Part shown: positions 29,615 to 42,806 of the stretch, piece after piece | Numbering within the stretch: position 1 is the first letter of the stretch | Layout of the letters: the number at the start of each line of letters is the position of its first letter | DNA from: Macrostomum lignano | Taxonomy: Eukaryota | Length of the DNA: 64,000 nt | Direction of reading: 5' to 3' | NCBI GenBank assembly: GCA_002269645.1 | Contig: NIVC01003327.1 | Span: 6,033-70,032, forward strand | Translations under genes and position numbers: made by a program | The notes under the pieces: model-generated | Database searches by the model: none | What the model saw: only the letters and a program-made list of their open reading frames with translations | Told to the model about the DNA's origin: nothing

Positions 29615-30360
29615 TTGAAGGACATTTGGCCGTTGTAAAGTTTCGCAGTTGTGAAAGTAGATGACATTTAGCGGTTGTGAAAATAGACGACATTTAGCGG
29701 TTGTGAAAGTAGACGACATTTAGCGGTTGTGAAAGTAGATGACATTTAGCGGTTGTGAAAGTAGATGACATTTAGCGGTTGTGAAAGTAGATAACATTTA
29801 GCGGTTGTGAAAGTAGATGACATTTAGCGGTTGTGAAAGTAGACGACATTTAGCGGTTGTGAAAGTAGACGACATTTAGCGGTTGTGAAAGTAGATGACA
29901 TTTAGCGGTTGTGAAAGTAGACGACATTTAGCGGTTGTGAAAGTAGATAACATTTAGCGGTTGTGAAAGTAGATGACATTTAGCGGTTGTGAAAGTAGAT
30001 GACATTTAGCGGTTGTGAAAGTAGATGACATTTAGCGGTTGTGAAAGTAGATGACATTTAGCGGTTGTGAAAGTAGATAACATTTAGCGGTTGTGAAAGT
30101 AGACGACATTTAGCGGTTGTGAAAGTTAGATAACATTTAGCGCGTTGTGAAAGTAGACGACATTTAGCGGTTGTGAAGTTTCGCGGTTGTGAAATTTAGC
30201 GCTTATGAAAGTAGGTGATTTAGCGGTTGTGAAGTTTCGCGGTTGTGAAGTTTCGCGTTTATGAAAGTGACTGCAAAAAAGTTAGCGGTTGTGAAGTTTC
30301 GCGTTTATGAAAGCAAGTGCTTTTAGCGGTTATGAAATTTCGCGTTTGTGAAACCCACCC
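29615..30360 (-). repeat. Right foldback TIR: inverted 26-bp tandem array
   Basis: (GTAGATGACATTTAGCGGTTGTGAAA)n, directly visible. Confidence 0.95.
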
Positions 30361-30570
30361 CACTTGTCTGAATATTAAATATGAATAATATATTTTCACA
30401 GTGACCGGTTCGTGTGTTTCAACTTCCGGAATTTTCATTTGGTTTTCAACTTGAAGAAAACAATTACTTTTACAAAATTCAGTAAAACAAAAAAGGTTAG
30501 AGTTTGGTTTAGGGACACAGCAGCGTCTGACTCTCGCGCCACTCATAAAATTGGCTCCCGCCGAGGTCTG

Positions 30571-30756
30571 CCCGCGGGGTTTTTCCTGTCGGAATTCCAA
30601 GTCAAATCCAATTGGATTTGAAATCTAATCTAGTCTAGTTTTTAATCTACTCCAGTTTATGTCTAGTCTAGCCTAGTCTATTCTAGTTCTAGTCTAGTCC
30701 AGCATTGTCTATAGACTGGATTTGACTTGAAATTCCTACCGGAAAACCCCTGCGGG
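30571..30756. mobile_element. Small MITE-like element with ~40-bp imperfect inverted ends and an internal (CTAGT)n tract
   Basis: CCCGCGGGGTTTTTCCTGTCGGAATTCCAAGTCAAATCCA is inverted at 30717-30756. No TSD was seen. Confidence 0.5.
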
Positions 30757-31133
30757 TGCTCGCAAGTGAGAGCTTATTAATTTTTATTTAAGCCTCAAAG
30801 AGTAACTTCTTGCTTAGTTTAACGAAAGGTTGATATATAATCTTTCGCATTCGAGATGCTTCCCTTGTTAAATTTTCATTTGGATGGTAACACATTCAAA
30901 GTAGGATATGGGAACTTCAGTATCAGTTCAGGACTATAAGCTGATGAAATATATAATCTAGAAACGTTTTGACCACTTGACTTTGAATTTGACAGAAACT
31001 CTAAGTGGATTCGTGTACTACCCGTGTAAAAAGAAGTGTGTGGCATACCGGTGTGAAGATTTTGTATCATTTTTTAATATTTGTTTTCTGGTTTTCACCG
31101 CTGAGCTACGAACTCTCTAGATCAGGAAAATAC

Positions 31134-32442
31134 TAGGCATTCCAATCCCGGGATTTAGCCTCAAAACACGGGATTTCAATCCCGGGATTTTTTGGGACTT
31201 GAAATTTCGGGATTTATGATCCTCGGGATTACAACAGTGCGGGATTGGGATCCCGGGATTTAGCCTCAAGGGATTTCAATTACTTGAATCCCTCTGGGTG
31301 CGGGATTGGGATTTTAGCCTCAAAACATGGGATTTCAAACTGATTTCGGGATTTAATTCTTACAACAGTTTTCCCGGGATTGTAAGGCTTAAAATATTCA
31401 TGTAAAATTTGAAAAAAAAGATTCTACTTTAAAAATTATTTCGTAGAGGATACTTCTGTCTATTCAAATCCCACTGCTGTTACCAAGTTGTCGTAGGTGT
31501 ACTTAAATTATTCCTTGAATTATCCTACTGATGCCACCTAGTTGTGGTAAATTTATAATATCTATCACTCTAGTGTACGACTTCAGTCATTTATTATTCC
31601 TAGGAAAACACTAAGTCCAGAATCTTAGTCTAAGGACTCCTTGAAATTATGCAAGTAGTCCTGGTAGCAGTGTCGAGCGGCAAACACTGATCTAATGCAT
31701 TAATTTCTACTCCTAATTTCCAGTCATAGAGCGGCTACCCTGGGAAGGAGTTGCCCAACTAAGCGACCGTTGGTTTGCTTCTTTCTTACTGGCTTCTCAC
31801 AGCTTATTCTTCTGGCTTCTTACAGCTTCTCTCTCCTTTCTGCTTTCCAAGTGAACTGAGCCAACACGATTTGCTTTCTTAACCGAATCGGAGAATCGGC
31901 GGGCGGAGAAAAAGTTGCCCGAAAACGCTTGTATTTATAGGTTCTACTAGGGGAGAATGGGTGCGCGGGTTTGTGAATAACAAATTTCTTTTATCAATTT
32001 AAACAAATAATTTCCCTAAATATAAAATCATTCGTTAAAACAAATACATCATTTAAACAAAAATTCGTAGTTAAGCAAATTATTTGGCGTAGGTTTAAAA
32101 TAGAATATACGTTTAAACTCAATTATGAAATAATACAACTACAGCCTGCATTTCTGTATCGAAATCACACATAAAAGCAGCAAAATTTGTTAGATCAGTT
32201 TGTTAAGCAGAAATTTAATTTTTTTTTCGTTTTCGTAAGGTGTAATTTAATTTCACATGTTCGTCAGTTGCGTGATGTCTAACACTGTAACGTGGCATTA
32301 AACATGACATTCACTTTGATAATTTACATTGATACTGCATTAGCTAGCTATATTAGTGATCCCAGGATTTTAAACCATCGGGATTTCAGGATTTCTCAAT
32401 CCCGGGATTTCAGGATAAATTGTCGGGATTTTGGAATCCCTA
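31134..32442. mobile_element. Non-autonomous hAT-type element, 1309 bp
   Basis: Ends TAGGCATTCCAATCCCG and CGGGATTTTGGAATCCCTA, many subterminal GGGATT motifs, and 8-bp TSD GAAAATAC (31126-31133 and 32443-32450). Confidence 0.85.
31465..32145 (-). mobile_element. Possible LTR-retrotransposon 5' LTR + PBS fragment inside the hAT element
   Basis: The minus strand reads ...CCTACGACA-ACT-TGGTAACAGCAGTGGGAT, complementary to a tRNA-Leu/Ser-like 3' end with CCA. A TATA-like CTATAAATAC lies near 31935. The far boundary is uncertain. Confidence 0.35.
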
Positions 32443-32494
32443 GAAAATACTTTCAAAGTTAGATACTGCAAATTTCACGAACGTTGCTTGATTA

Positions 32495-35400
32495 TCATCT
32501 CAGAGCGGGCAGCAGGTAGTTGCAGGCGAGGCGCACCCAGCCGGGCATGCCGTCGCCGCTGCGGCAGCCGATGCGGTTCAAAGTGACGGCGAATGACGGC
32601 GCGCCCAGCCAGAGGGCGCGGATCGGCGCCAGCAGCGCGTGCGACACGGCGTGCGGCAGGCAGTCGATGTAGCAGGAGGCGAGAACGCCGTCAATAGCGA
32701 TGCAGCCGGTCAGGGTGAACGGAGCCAGCAGGCCTTGGCGAGTGACGCCTCGCTGAACTTCGACCACCGTCTCGAGCCGCGGCTGTCGTCCAGCTTCGTC
32801 CAGCAGTTGCACGGCGAGTCCCGGCCGGATGTCGCGCGCAGGCACGGCGGACAGACGGGTCGCCCGACCGTCGGGCTGAGCCGAGGTGAACAGCAGATGG
32901 CCGGAGCTGAGCGTCAGCTGGGCGCTCGTGGTCGACACCGTCACAAAGTCGGACGACCAAGCAGTCTCGTCACGGTGGCCCCACATGAAGACGGGCGAAA
33001 AGGCGGGCCGGCCGTCCTGCAGGCTGAGTACTGGCTGCCCCGCAGAGAGCTCGGAGAGGCGGACCCGGCCGTGCGGAGTCATCACCGTCGCGTCCAAGGG
33101 GAAGCACTTTCCTCTGCTGAGAACGGTAAGTTCAAGTTTTTTTAATTTATCACATTTTCCTGCGACAGACTACTTTTCAGTAGCAATATTGATGTAAAGA
33201 GTGCGCCTGTCGTGTTAATTGTGGCCAGCAAAAACCCCTCCGCGGAGGAAACCTTCCTATGGGGAAACTTCCTGCGAGGTTACTTCCTGCGAGGTTACTT
33301 CCTGCGAGGTTACTTCCTGCGGGGTAATTTCCTGCGGGGAAACCATTTGCGATTTACTTCCTGGGAGGAAACTTCCTGCGAGGTTACTTCCTGCGAGGAA
33401 ACTTCCTGCGAGGTTACTTCCTGGGAGGAAACTTCCTGCGAGGTTACTTCCTGGGAGGAAACTTCCTGCGAGGTTACTTCCTGCGAGGTTACTTCCTGCA
33501 GGGAAACTTTCTGCGGGGAAACTTCCTGCGGGGAAACTTCCTGCGGGGAAACTTCCTGCGGGGAAACTTGTTAGTGGCTCGCACTGACATATCGGTATAA
33601 GACATACATGTATTAAAGGAAACAATAAGAAATCTCCATCGATTTACTCTATCATTACCGACCCAATCTGAGCAGCCATTTCGTTAGCAACTCTGTCCAT
33701 CTCTGTACTCATTGCCGCATCGCGTCTCGTTCGAAACTCTTCTCGAACTCGATCGCGCTCTCGCTCCTGCAAGTTGCGCAACCGCTCGTCCTCTTGCCGA
33801 TTCAACTCCTTCGTGGCTTTCTGCAGCTCCAATTGCGCAAATACGAAATATTCGTTGGTGTAAGTCGCTCGGAAACTGGAAGACTCAGCTTCGGAATTGA
33901 TTCTAGCCAAGTGATCGACACTGCACACCAGGTTGTAGACTTGCTCGGCCTGCGTTGCTGCACTGCGATTGCGGCTGTTGTCCAGCATGGTGATTCTGTT
34001 ACCGCATCTCGTTATTAAGGAATCCAGCGCGCTGAGCTGTCGACGAGCGTTCTGCACCTCCTGGTAGAAGCGCAAGTCGCTGTTATCGAACGCATCGCCG
34101 TGTGTGTATGCGATAATTGCGTACCTGTGAATAGAAATCGATTAAGACACTTTTCAAAGACCGATAGGGGGTGTAACAGGACGTAAAACTTGAAGTTGTT
34201 TCACGAGAACAATGCACAAGGCTGGCAGTGTTTCCATGGACTCGAAGACATCTCACCAAGCTGGTAGTGTTCCCCTGGACTCGGAGACATGTCACCAAGC
34301 TGGTAGTGTTCCCCTGGACTCGGAGACGTGTCACCAAGCTGGTAGTGTTCCATTGGACACGGAGACATCTCACCAAGCTGGTAGTGTTCCCCTGGACTCG
34401 GAAACATCTCACTAAGCTGGTAGTGTTCCCCTGGACTCGGAGACATCTCACCAAGCTGGTAGTGTTCCCCTGGACTCGGAGACATGTCACTAAGCTGGTA
34501 GTGTTCCCCTGAACTCGGAGACGTGTCACCAAGCTGGTAGTGTTCCATTGGACACGGAGACATCTCACCAAGCTGGTAGTGTTCCCCTGGACTCGGAGAC
34601 GTGTCACCAAGCTGGTAGTGTTCCATTGGACACGGAGACATCTCACCAAGCTGGTAGTGTTCCCCTGGACTCGGAGACGTGTCACCAAGCTGGTAGTGTT
34701 CCATTGGACACGGAGACATCTCACCAAGCTGGTAGTGTTCCCCTGGACTCGGAAACATCTCACTAAGCTGGTAGTGTTTCCCTGGACTCGGAGACATCTC
34801 ACCAAGCTGGTAGTGTTCCCCTGGACTCGGAGACATGTCACTAAGCTGGTAGTGTTCCTCTGGACTCGGAGACATGTCACCAAGCTTTTAATGTTCCCCT
34901 GGACTCAGAAAAATCTCATCAAGCTGGTAGTGTTCCCCTCGACTCGGAAACATCTCACTAAGCTGGTAGTGTTCCCCTGGACTCGGAGACATGTCACCAA
35001 GATTTTAATGTTCCCCTGGACTCGGAAACATCTCACTAAGCTGGTAGTGTTCCCCTGGACTCGGAAACATCTCACTAAGCTGGTAGTGTTCCCCTGGACT
35101 CGGAAACATCTCACTAAGCTGGTAGTGTTCCCCTGGACTCGGAAACATCTCACTAAGCTGGTAGTGTTCCCCTGGACTCGGAAACATCTCACTAAGCTGG
35201 TAGTGTTTCACTGGACTCAGAAACATCTCTCGCACTGCCTATCCTCGGCGTGAAAATTTGGATGTGTTACATTTCCGCTTTAGCCCAACTCTGTGACATT
35301 CGTGTGTAAAATTTGACTAAGCCCACAACAGTTGGCACTGGCTCACAATGACTCACTTATAGAACATCTCTCCAAACAGCTCCTCAAGCTTCTCCACAGC

Positions 35401-35739
35401 TTTCCGCTCTTCGTCAGTGAACTTCACGTCCAACCGCAGTGTGATCACAAATGCGTGAACTCCGCCTTCGGCAAACATAGCGATGGCGTGACAGATTTGT
35501 CTGAGGGCAGCTTCCGGGTTGCTGGTGTCCATTGTGCCGGGAGTGTCGACCACGGTTAGGTACCGACCCCTCACTAGTCTGGTCTCCTTTTTGCAGACGC
35601 TTGTTTGCGAGACCAGACTGCCCGGCTCGCTGGTTAGGAACGGTCCGGGCGTGCCTAGCAACGCGTTGCCAAGGGAACTTTTGCCGCTGCCGCTTTTACC
35701 TAGGAGCATCATCCTCAGCTCGCCGCCGGGTGGGAAGTT
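32495..35739 (-). CDS. AIG1/GIMAP GTPase - coiled coil - hedgehog-type Hint/Hog fusion protein (>=3 exons, ~488 aa)
   Basis: Exons 35739-35357, 34124-33663 and 33116-32495 are phase-consistent, although the middle donor GG|GTCGGT is weak. GTPase motifs: GKSGSGKS, DTPG, KFTDEE, THGD. Hint motifs: K|CFPLDATV, LTLSSGHLL, GLLAPFTLTGCIAIDGVLASCY. An SRR-like tail reads HAVSHALLAPIRALW. A 5' exon may be missing. Confidence 0.85.
33240..33570. repeat. 15-bp minisatellite (GAGGAAACTTCCTGC / GAGGTTACTTCCTGC), intronic
   Basis: Directly visible. Confidence 0.9.
34210..35225. repeat. 39-bp minisatellite (AAGCTGGTAGTGTTCCCCTGGACTCGGAGACATCTCACC), intronic
   Basis: Directly visible; the 13-aa periodicity of the overlapping ORFs confirms the unit length. 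Confidence 0.95.
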
Positions 35740-37104
35740 CTGCGTGTTTTTTAGGGAGAAAAGTAAGATCTGTATTGATTGTTTAACCTGTTAGAATGTA
35801 AGACGTGTATTGATTGTTTCACCTGTTGTAATATAAGCACTGTTTTCACTGAAAATCAGTGCCTTTATAATAATTCCAAAAGTTACCTGAGATCCTGCGT
35901 CCATTGCTTGCGAGCCTTTTTTGAGCCAGAAACCAAAAAACGGCAGTTAAAGCTGGAGGACTTTAGTCCCTGTCTCACAGTTTATACCTGTAGAGCACCT
36001 ACTGCTAAACTGTAAATGAAAAGAGTACAACAATAAGGTACTTCTTGAGCACAGAAGAGCCATTCGTCTATTGATGCTACTTTCAATACAAGAGCTCAGA
36101 ATTTTTTGAGCACAAAATCTAACCCTGTCCCATTGTCTCATTCTTTCTTTCTGCCCAGAGGTGTACGGGGGTCCTGGGTTGCCTTTTCTTCAGAGATAAC
36201 TACAATGTTGCTGGTGTCTTGGATGGCAATTAGGGCTAACTTGAAGAATTCAAGCATTGCATGCACATTGTTAGTTAGGTCTTGGAAAAAATAATGCGCA
36301 GCAGGGTCTCTGCGGGTATTCTGGGCCTCAGGTCATCTGGGCCTCAGGTCCTCTGGGCCTCAGGTCCTCTGGGCCTCAGTTCGCAGCTTTGAGCGGCATT
36401 ATACTCAAGCAGAAAATGGTTAACACCAAGCCGTCATCAAATATTCGATACTCGTATATCAACGGAATCTTTGTGTCTGCATGCAGTTTTGCAGTTTCCA
36501 AAAAGTGTGACACTTCTCTCCGCGGTTTGCGAACCCCTGCAATAAAATTCATTCCTCAATTCCATTGAGCACTTGCCGAACGGAGGCACTGCGAGTAGTT
36601 CGGGATGATGATAAAGGATGACTGCAGGCTGCAAGAGCATATCCCCAATAACCCCCCCCCATACCTGTTTAATCCGAGGCGATAAAACTTTATTGCGGAA
36701 TTGCTATTGACTGCGTCACGCACACTGGCCCCAGATTCCTGCCACCGACAGGCAGCGCAGGAGGCTGGCAAACAACAATTTTTCGGGATTAAGGATCTCC
36801 ATCAGTAGCGGTCTAGGCGGTCCCCTACACAGTTAGTTGTCTGGTCCGTGCCGTGTTTTTTTATTTTTCATTTCGAAGTATCGGCAGAATAATTATCAAG
36901 TTTGCATGCCGGGGCCGATTGCGTGTCGCTATGGCGAATTCTGTTGAACTGTACACGGCGACTGCAGACAGAGTGGCATCGAGACAGGAAGAGCAGATCA
37001 CGGACGTTGACAAGGGGAGGGGTTGGATCTTTAATTCTTTAATTGATTGTTTTCTAGCTTTGCTGTTTATGACATTTTTTTCATCTGCTCTCATTCTGTT
37101 GGCC

Positions 37105-38760
37105 TGATCTTCTATCCCACTCTTCTTCTACCCACTCTCCCTCTACCCACTCTCCCTCTACCCACTCTCCCTCTACCCACTCTCCCTCTACCCACTCTCC
37201 CTCTACCCACTCTCTCTCTACCCACTCTCCCTCTACCCACTCTCCCTCTACCCACTCTCCCTCTACCCACTCTCCCTCTACCCACTCTCCCTCTACCCAC
37301 TCTCCCTCTACCAACTCTCCCTCTACCCACTCTCCCTCTACCCACTCTCCCTCTACCCACTCTCCCTCTACCCACTCTCCCTCTACCCACTCTCCCTCTA
37401 CCCACTCTCCCTCTACCCACTCTCCCTCTACCCACTCTCGATCTACCCACTCTCCCTCTACCCACTCTCCCTCTACCCACTCTCCCTCTACCCACTCTCC
37501 CTCTACCCACTCTCTCTCTACCCACTCTCCCTCTACCCACTCTCCCTCTACCCACTCTCCCTCTACCCACTCTCTCTCTACCCACTCTCCCTCTACCCAC
37601 TCTCCCTCTACCCACTCTCCCTCTACCCACTCTCCCTCTACCCACTCTCGATCTACCCACTCTCCCTCTACCCACTCTCCCTCTACCCACTCTCCCTCTA
37701 CCCACTCTCCCTCTACCCACTCTCCCTCTACCCACTCTCCCTCTACCCACTCTCCCTCTACCCACTCTCCCTCTACCCACTCTCCCTCTACCCACTCTCG
37801 ATCTACTCACTCTCCCTCTACCCACTCTCCCTCTACCCACTCTCCCTCTACCCACTCTCTCTCTACCCACTCTCCCTCTACCCACTCTCCCTCTACCCAC
37901 TCTCCCTCTACCCACTCTCCCTCTACCCACTCTCCCTCTACCCACTCTCCCTCTACCCACTCTCCCTCTACCCACTCTCCCTCTACCCACTCTCGATCTA
38001 CCCACTCTCCCTCTACCCACTCTCCCTCTACCCACTCTCCCTCTACCCACTCTCTCTCTACCCACTCTCCCTCTACCCACTCTCCCTCTACCCACTCTCC
38101 CTCTACCCACTCTCCCTCTACCCACTCTCCCTCTCCCCACTCTCCCTCCACCCACTCTTCCTCTACCCACTCTTCCTCTACCCACTCTCCCTCCACCTAC
38201 TCTCCCTCTACCCACTCTCCCTCTACCCACTCTCCCTCTACCCACTCTTCCTCTACCCACTCTCCCTCTACCCACTCTCCCTCTACCCACTCTTCCTCTA
38301 CCCACTCTTCCTCTACCCACTCTTCCTCTACCCACTCTCCCTCTACCCACTCTCCCTCTACCCACTCTCCCTCTACCCACTCTCCCTCTACCCACTCTCC
38401 CTCTCCCCACTCTCCCTCCACCCACTCTTCCTCTACCCACTCTTCCTCTACCCACTCTCCCTCCACCTACTCTCCCTCTACCCACTCTCCCTCTACCCAC
38501 TCTCCCTCTACCCACTCTTCCTCTACCCACTCTCCCTCTACCCACTCTCCCTCTACCCACTCTCCCTCTACCCACTCTTCCTCTACCCACTCTTTCTCTA
38601 CCCACTCTCCCTCTACCCACTCTTCCTCTACCCACTCTCCCTCTACCCACTCTCCCTCTACCCACTCTCCTCTACCCACTCTTCCTCTACCCACTCTCCT
38701 CTACCCACTCTCCCTCTACCCACTCTCCCTCTACCCACTCTCTCTCTACCCTACACTCCC
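37105..38760. repeat. 15-bp pyrimidine-rich minisatellite (CTCTACCCACTCTCC)n
   Basis: Directly visible; produces the spurious LPTLP and GRVGR ORFs. Confidence 0.97.
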
Positions 38761-39149
38761 TCTATATCCACTGTATCTCTCCTTCACTCCTCTCATTCGC
38801 GTCAAAATTATCTAATTAAAAGGAAGATTTGAGTTCATTTCCTAAAAAAATATTTAGCAGTTGGTGAAAGCATCAAAATGTCACGACTCGCTGCTGCACC
38901 AGCCGGCACACTCGCTGTCACATTCGCTTCTTTGCCTCCTCTACCCACCCGCCTATACTCAATGAGTAGTTATTTAACTTGGAAAAGATCCCTGTTGAAA
39001 TTTGTCATTAGTGCAAGCTTTTCAATAAAAAAATGATAAATTATTTTACTCAAACAAAATTGTCTCAACAAAATAATGCTCGTACGTACATAACAACTGT
39101 GGTTTATTAGAAATATCATTGACATTGCAGTAGTACGAGTCACAGTTGG

Positions 39150-39600
<451 letters not shown>

Positions 39601-40254
39601 TAGTTGGAGGCGTTACCGTTGAGATACTCGGGCCAGCTCGAAGTGTCATGCTCTGCCCCCGTGCCACAAACCCGGTAAAAGGAGATATATTGGTTATTCC
39701 AGCCCGCTAATACAGTGCGACCCGCAGACAAGCTGGTTAGCAAAGATCAACACCAGGGGCAGCATGACCCCCCCTCACGGGGCCAGCCGAGAGACAGATA
39801 GAAGTATGCCGGAGCAGTTTTAAGCGCTGCTGCAAGGAACGTGACAATTCCTTGATGCCTGAGCAAAAATGCCGGGACAGAGTTCCCCTCACTTGTTTGC
39901 TGAGCGAGTAATCAAAAAAACCACGCGACTGAGGCCTCATCCTCCAGCATTGCCGCTGCTGTAAAAAATGAGCTCAAGGCACAGGCAAATATGCACGAGT
40001 GTCAGTTTGTGGGATTCCGCTGGTTTTCGCGATCTTGGTTTGGCCTGTCAGGTGAAGATTCTGATCTGGGACAGTTGCTGCTGGGAAAGATCGGTGCCTG
40101 CCACTGCCACCTCTGCTGACCTGTTGAGCTCATGAGCACGAATTGCTGAGCTGGGGGGCAAGTGCGATAAAATAAATAGATGGAAGTACGGGGATAGATT
40201 GACTGAAATAGAGGCACCAAGGCAACGGCATAGAAAGACACTCGGACAGACAGG

Positions 40255-40822
<568 letters not shown>

Positions 40823-41315
40823 GAGTCGCTTAGACAGACCAGCCTGAACCGGCAACATCAGAGTTCTTCCCCCGAGCAACCTCTGTTTGCACAGGGAGCG
40901 CACAGGCGTCGCCACGAGCAGGCCGTGTGGCCGGTGCGGCCGCCAAAAGTGGATGATGGAGAACCAACCGCCCAACTGATGCGATATCGAAATTTGAAAC
41001 CTGAGAGTCAAGAGGAGCGCGGTGTGCTTGGGCTGGTGGCTGGCGCCCCCTCCCACGATCTCAGGATCAGGTTTCACTTTTAGTATAAGCGACTATCGAG
41101 CTGCAGTTCAATGTAAAGGCTTGCGAGGAATTCAGAAAGATTGAAACGGATCAACAGTAAGAGTTTGCATGAACGAGTTATCTTCAAATTTTTGTTATAA
41201 TAATCTTTGTTTAACTTATCTACTCAATTTTTATTGGCACACGTGTGAGGTGTTTGGTTGGCTATTCATATGCAGAAGTTGAGAGTATGTTAAATGAACC
41301 TGCGTCACTTCTCAT

Positions 41316-42571
41316 CTGAGTAGAGTGCCATTTATAATTTGAGTAGAGTGCCATTTCTAATCTGAGTAGAGTGCCATTTCTAATTTGAGTAGAGTGCCAC
41401 TTCTAATCTGAGTAGAGTGCCATTTATAATTTGAGTAGAGTGCCATTTCTAATCTGAGTAGAGTGCCATTTCTAATCTGAGTAGAGTGCCATTTATAATT
41501 TGAGTAGAGTGCCATTTCTAATTTGAGTAGAGTGCCATTTATAATTTGAGTAGAGTGCCATTTATAATTTGAGTAGAGTGCCATTTCTAATTTGAGTAGA
41601 GTGCCATTTCTAATTTGAGTAGAGTGCCATTTCTAATCTGAGTAGAGTGCCGTTTATAATTTGAGTAGAGTGCCATTTCTAATTTGAGTAGAGTGCCATT
41701 TCCAATCTGAGTAGAGTGCCATTTCTAATTTGAGTAGAGTGCCATTTATAATTTGAGTAGAGTGCCATTTATCATTTGAGTAGAGTGCCATTTCCAATCT
41801 GAGTAGAGTGCCATTTCTAATTTGAGTAGAGTGCCATTTCTAATTTGAGTAGAGTGCCATTTCTAATTTGAGTAGAGTGCCATTTCTAATTTGAGTAGAG
41901 TGCCATTTCTAATTTGAGTAGAGTGCCATTTATAATTTGAGTAGAGTGCCATTTAATTTGAGTAGAGTGCCATTTCCAATTTGAGTAGAGTGCCATCTCT
42001 CATTTGAGTAGAGTGCCATTTCCAATCTGAGTAGAGTGCCATTTCTAATTTGAGTAGAGTGCCATTTCTAATTTGAGTAGAGTGCCATTTCTAATTTGAG
42101 TAGAGTGCCATTTCTAATTTGAGTAGAGTGCCATTTCTAATTTGAGTAGAGTGCCATTTCTAATTTGAGTAGAGTGCCATTTCTAATTTGAGTAGAGTGC
42201 CATTTATAATTTGAGTAGAGTGCCATTTCTAATTTGAGTAGAGTGCCATTTCTAATCTGAGTAGAGTGCCATTTCTAATTTGAGTAGAGTGCCATTTATA
42301 ATTTGAGTAGAGTGCCATTTCTAATTTGAGTAGAGTGCCATTTATAATTTGAGTAGAGTGCCATTTCTAATTTGAGTAGAGTGCCATTTCTAATTTGAGT
42401 AAAGTGCCATTTCCAATCTGAGTAGAGTGCCATTTCTAATTTGAGTAGAGTGCCATTTCTAATTTGAGTAAAGTGCCATTTCCAATCTGAGTAGAGTGCC
42501 ATTTCTAATTTGAGTAGAGTGCCATTTCCAATCTGAGTAGAGTGCCATTTTTAATCTGAGTAGAGTGCCAT
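41316..42571. repeat. 23-bp minisatellite (GAGTAGAGTGCCATTTCTAATTT)n
   Basis: Directly visible; its reverse complement contains AAATGGCACTCT. Confidence 0.95.
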
Positions 42572-42806
42572 TCCTAATGACACTCTTATCCATGAGTGCA
42601 TATATATTTGTGAGAAAGAGTGTAAAGACCATCATATTGAATTTATTTGTCATTCCTTGAATTCGCTAATTCGGTATATAGTACAAAGCCACAGGTGAGA
42701 ATACAGTGTGCAGTGTGTTTAACGATCCACAACAAGTATAACTAACTAAGCATCATCAATATATATTAGTTTGTTTAGATTTTTCACCACCTAAGAATGT
42801 AAACAA

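Larger units (their letters stand above)
22218..30360 (-). mobile_element. Foldback Phantom/Mutator (MULE) transposon, 8143 bp
   Basis: TSD CACTTGTC at 22210-22217 and 30361-30368. Ends are GGGTTGCTTTCAC and GTGAAACCCACCC. The long TIRs are tandem arrays, and the element contains a FLYWCH-MULE ORF. Confidence 0.9.

Noticed and set aside
36400-36780. Degenerate Penelope-like RT (YRIFDD-like motif on the minus strand)
   Set aside because: Only one weak motif, and the neighbouring motifs could not be recovered.
37047-38819. 590-aa LPT and 517-aa GRV ORFs, and similar ORFs at 33-35, 40, 44, 46-49, 51 and 53 kb
   Set aside because: These are translations of stop-free tandem repeats with no unique coding flanks.
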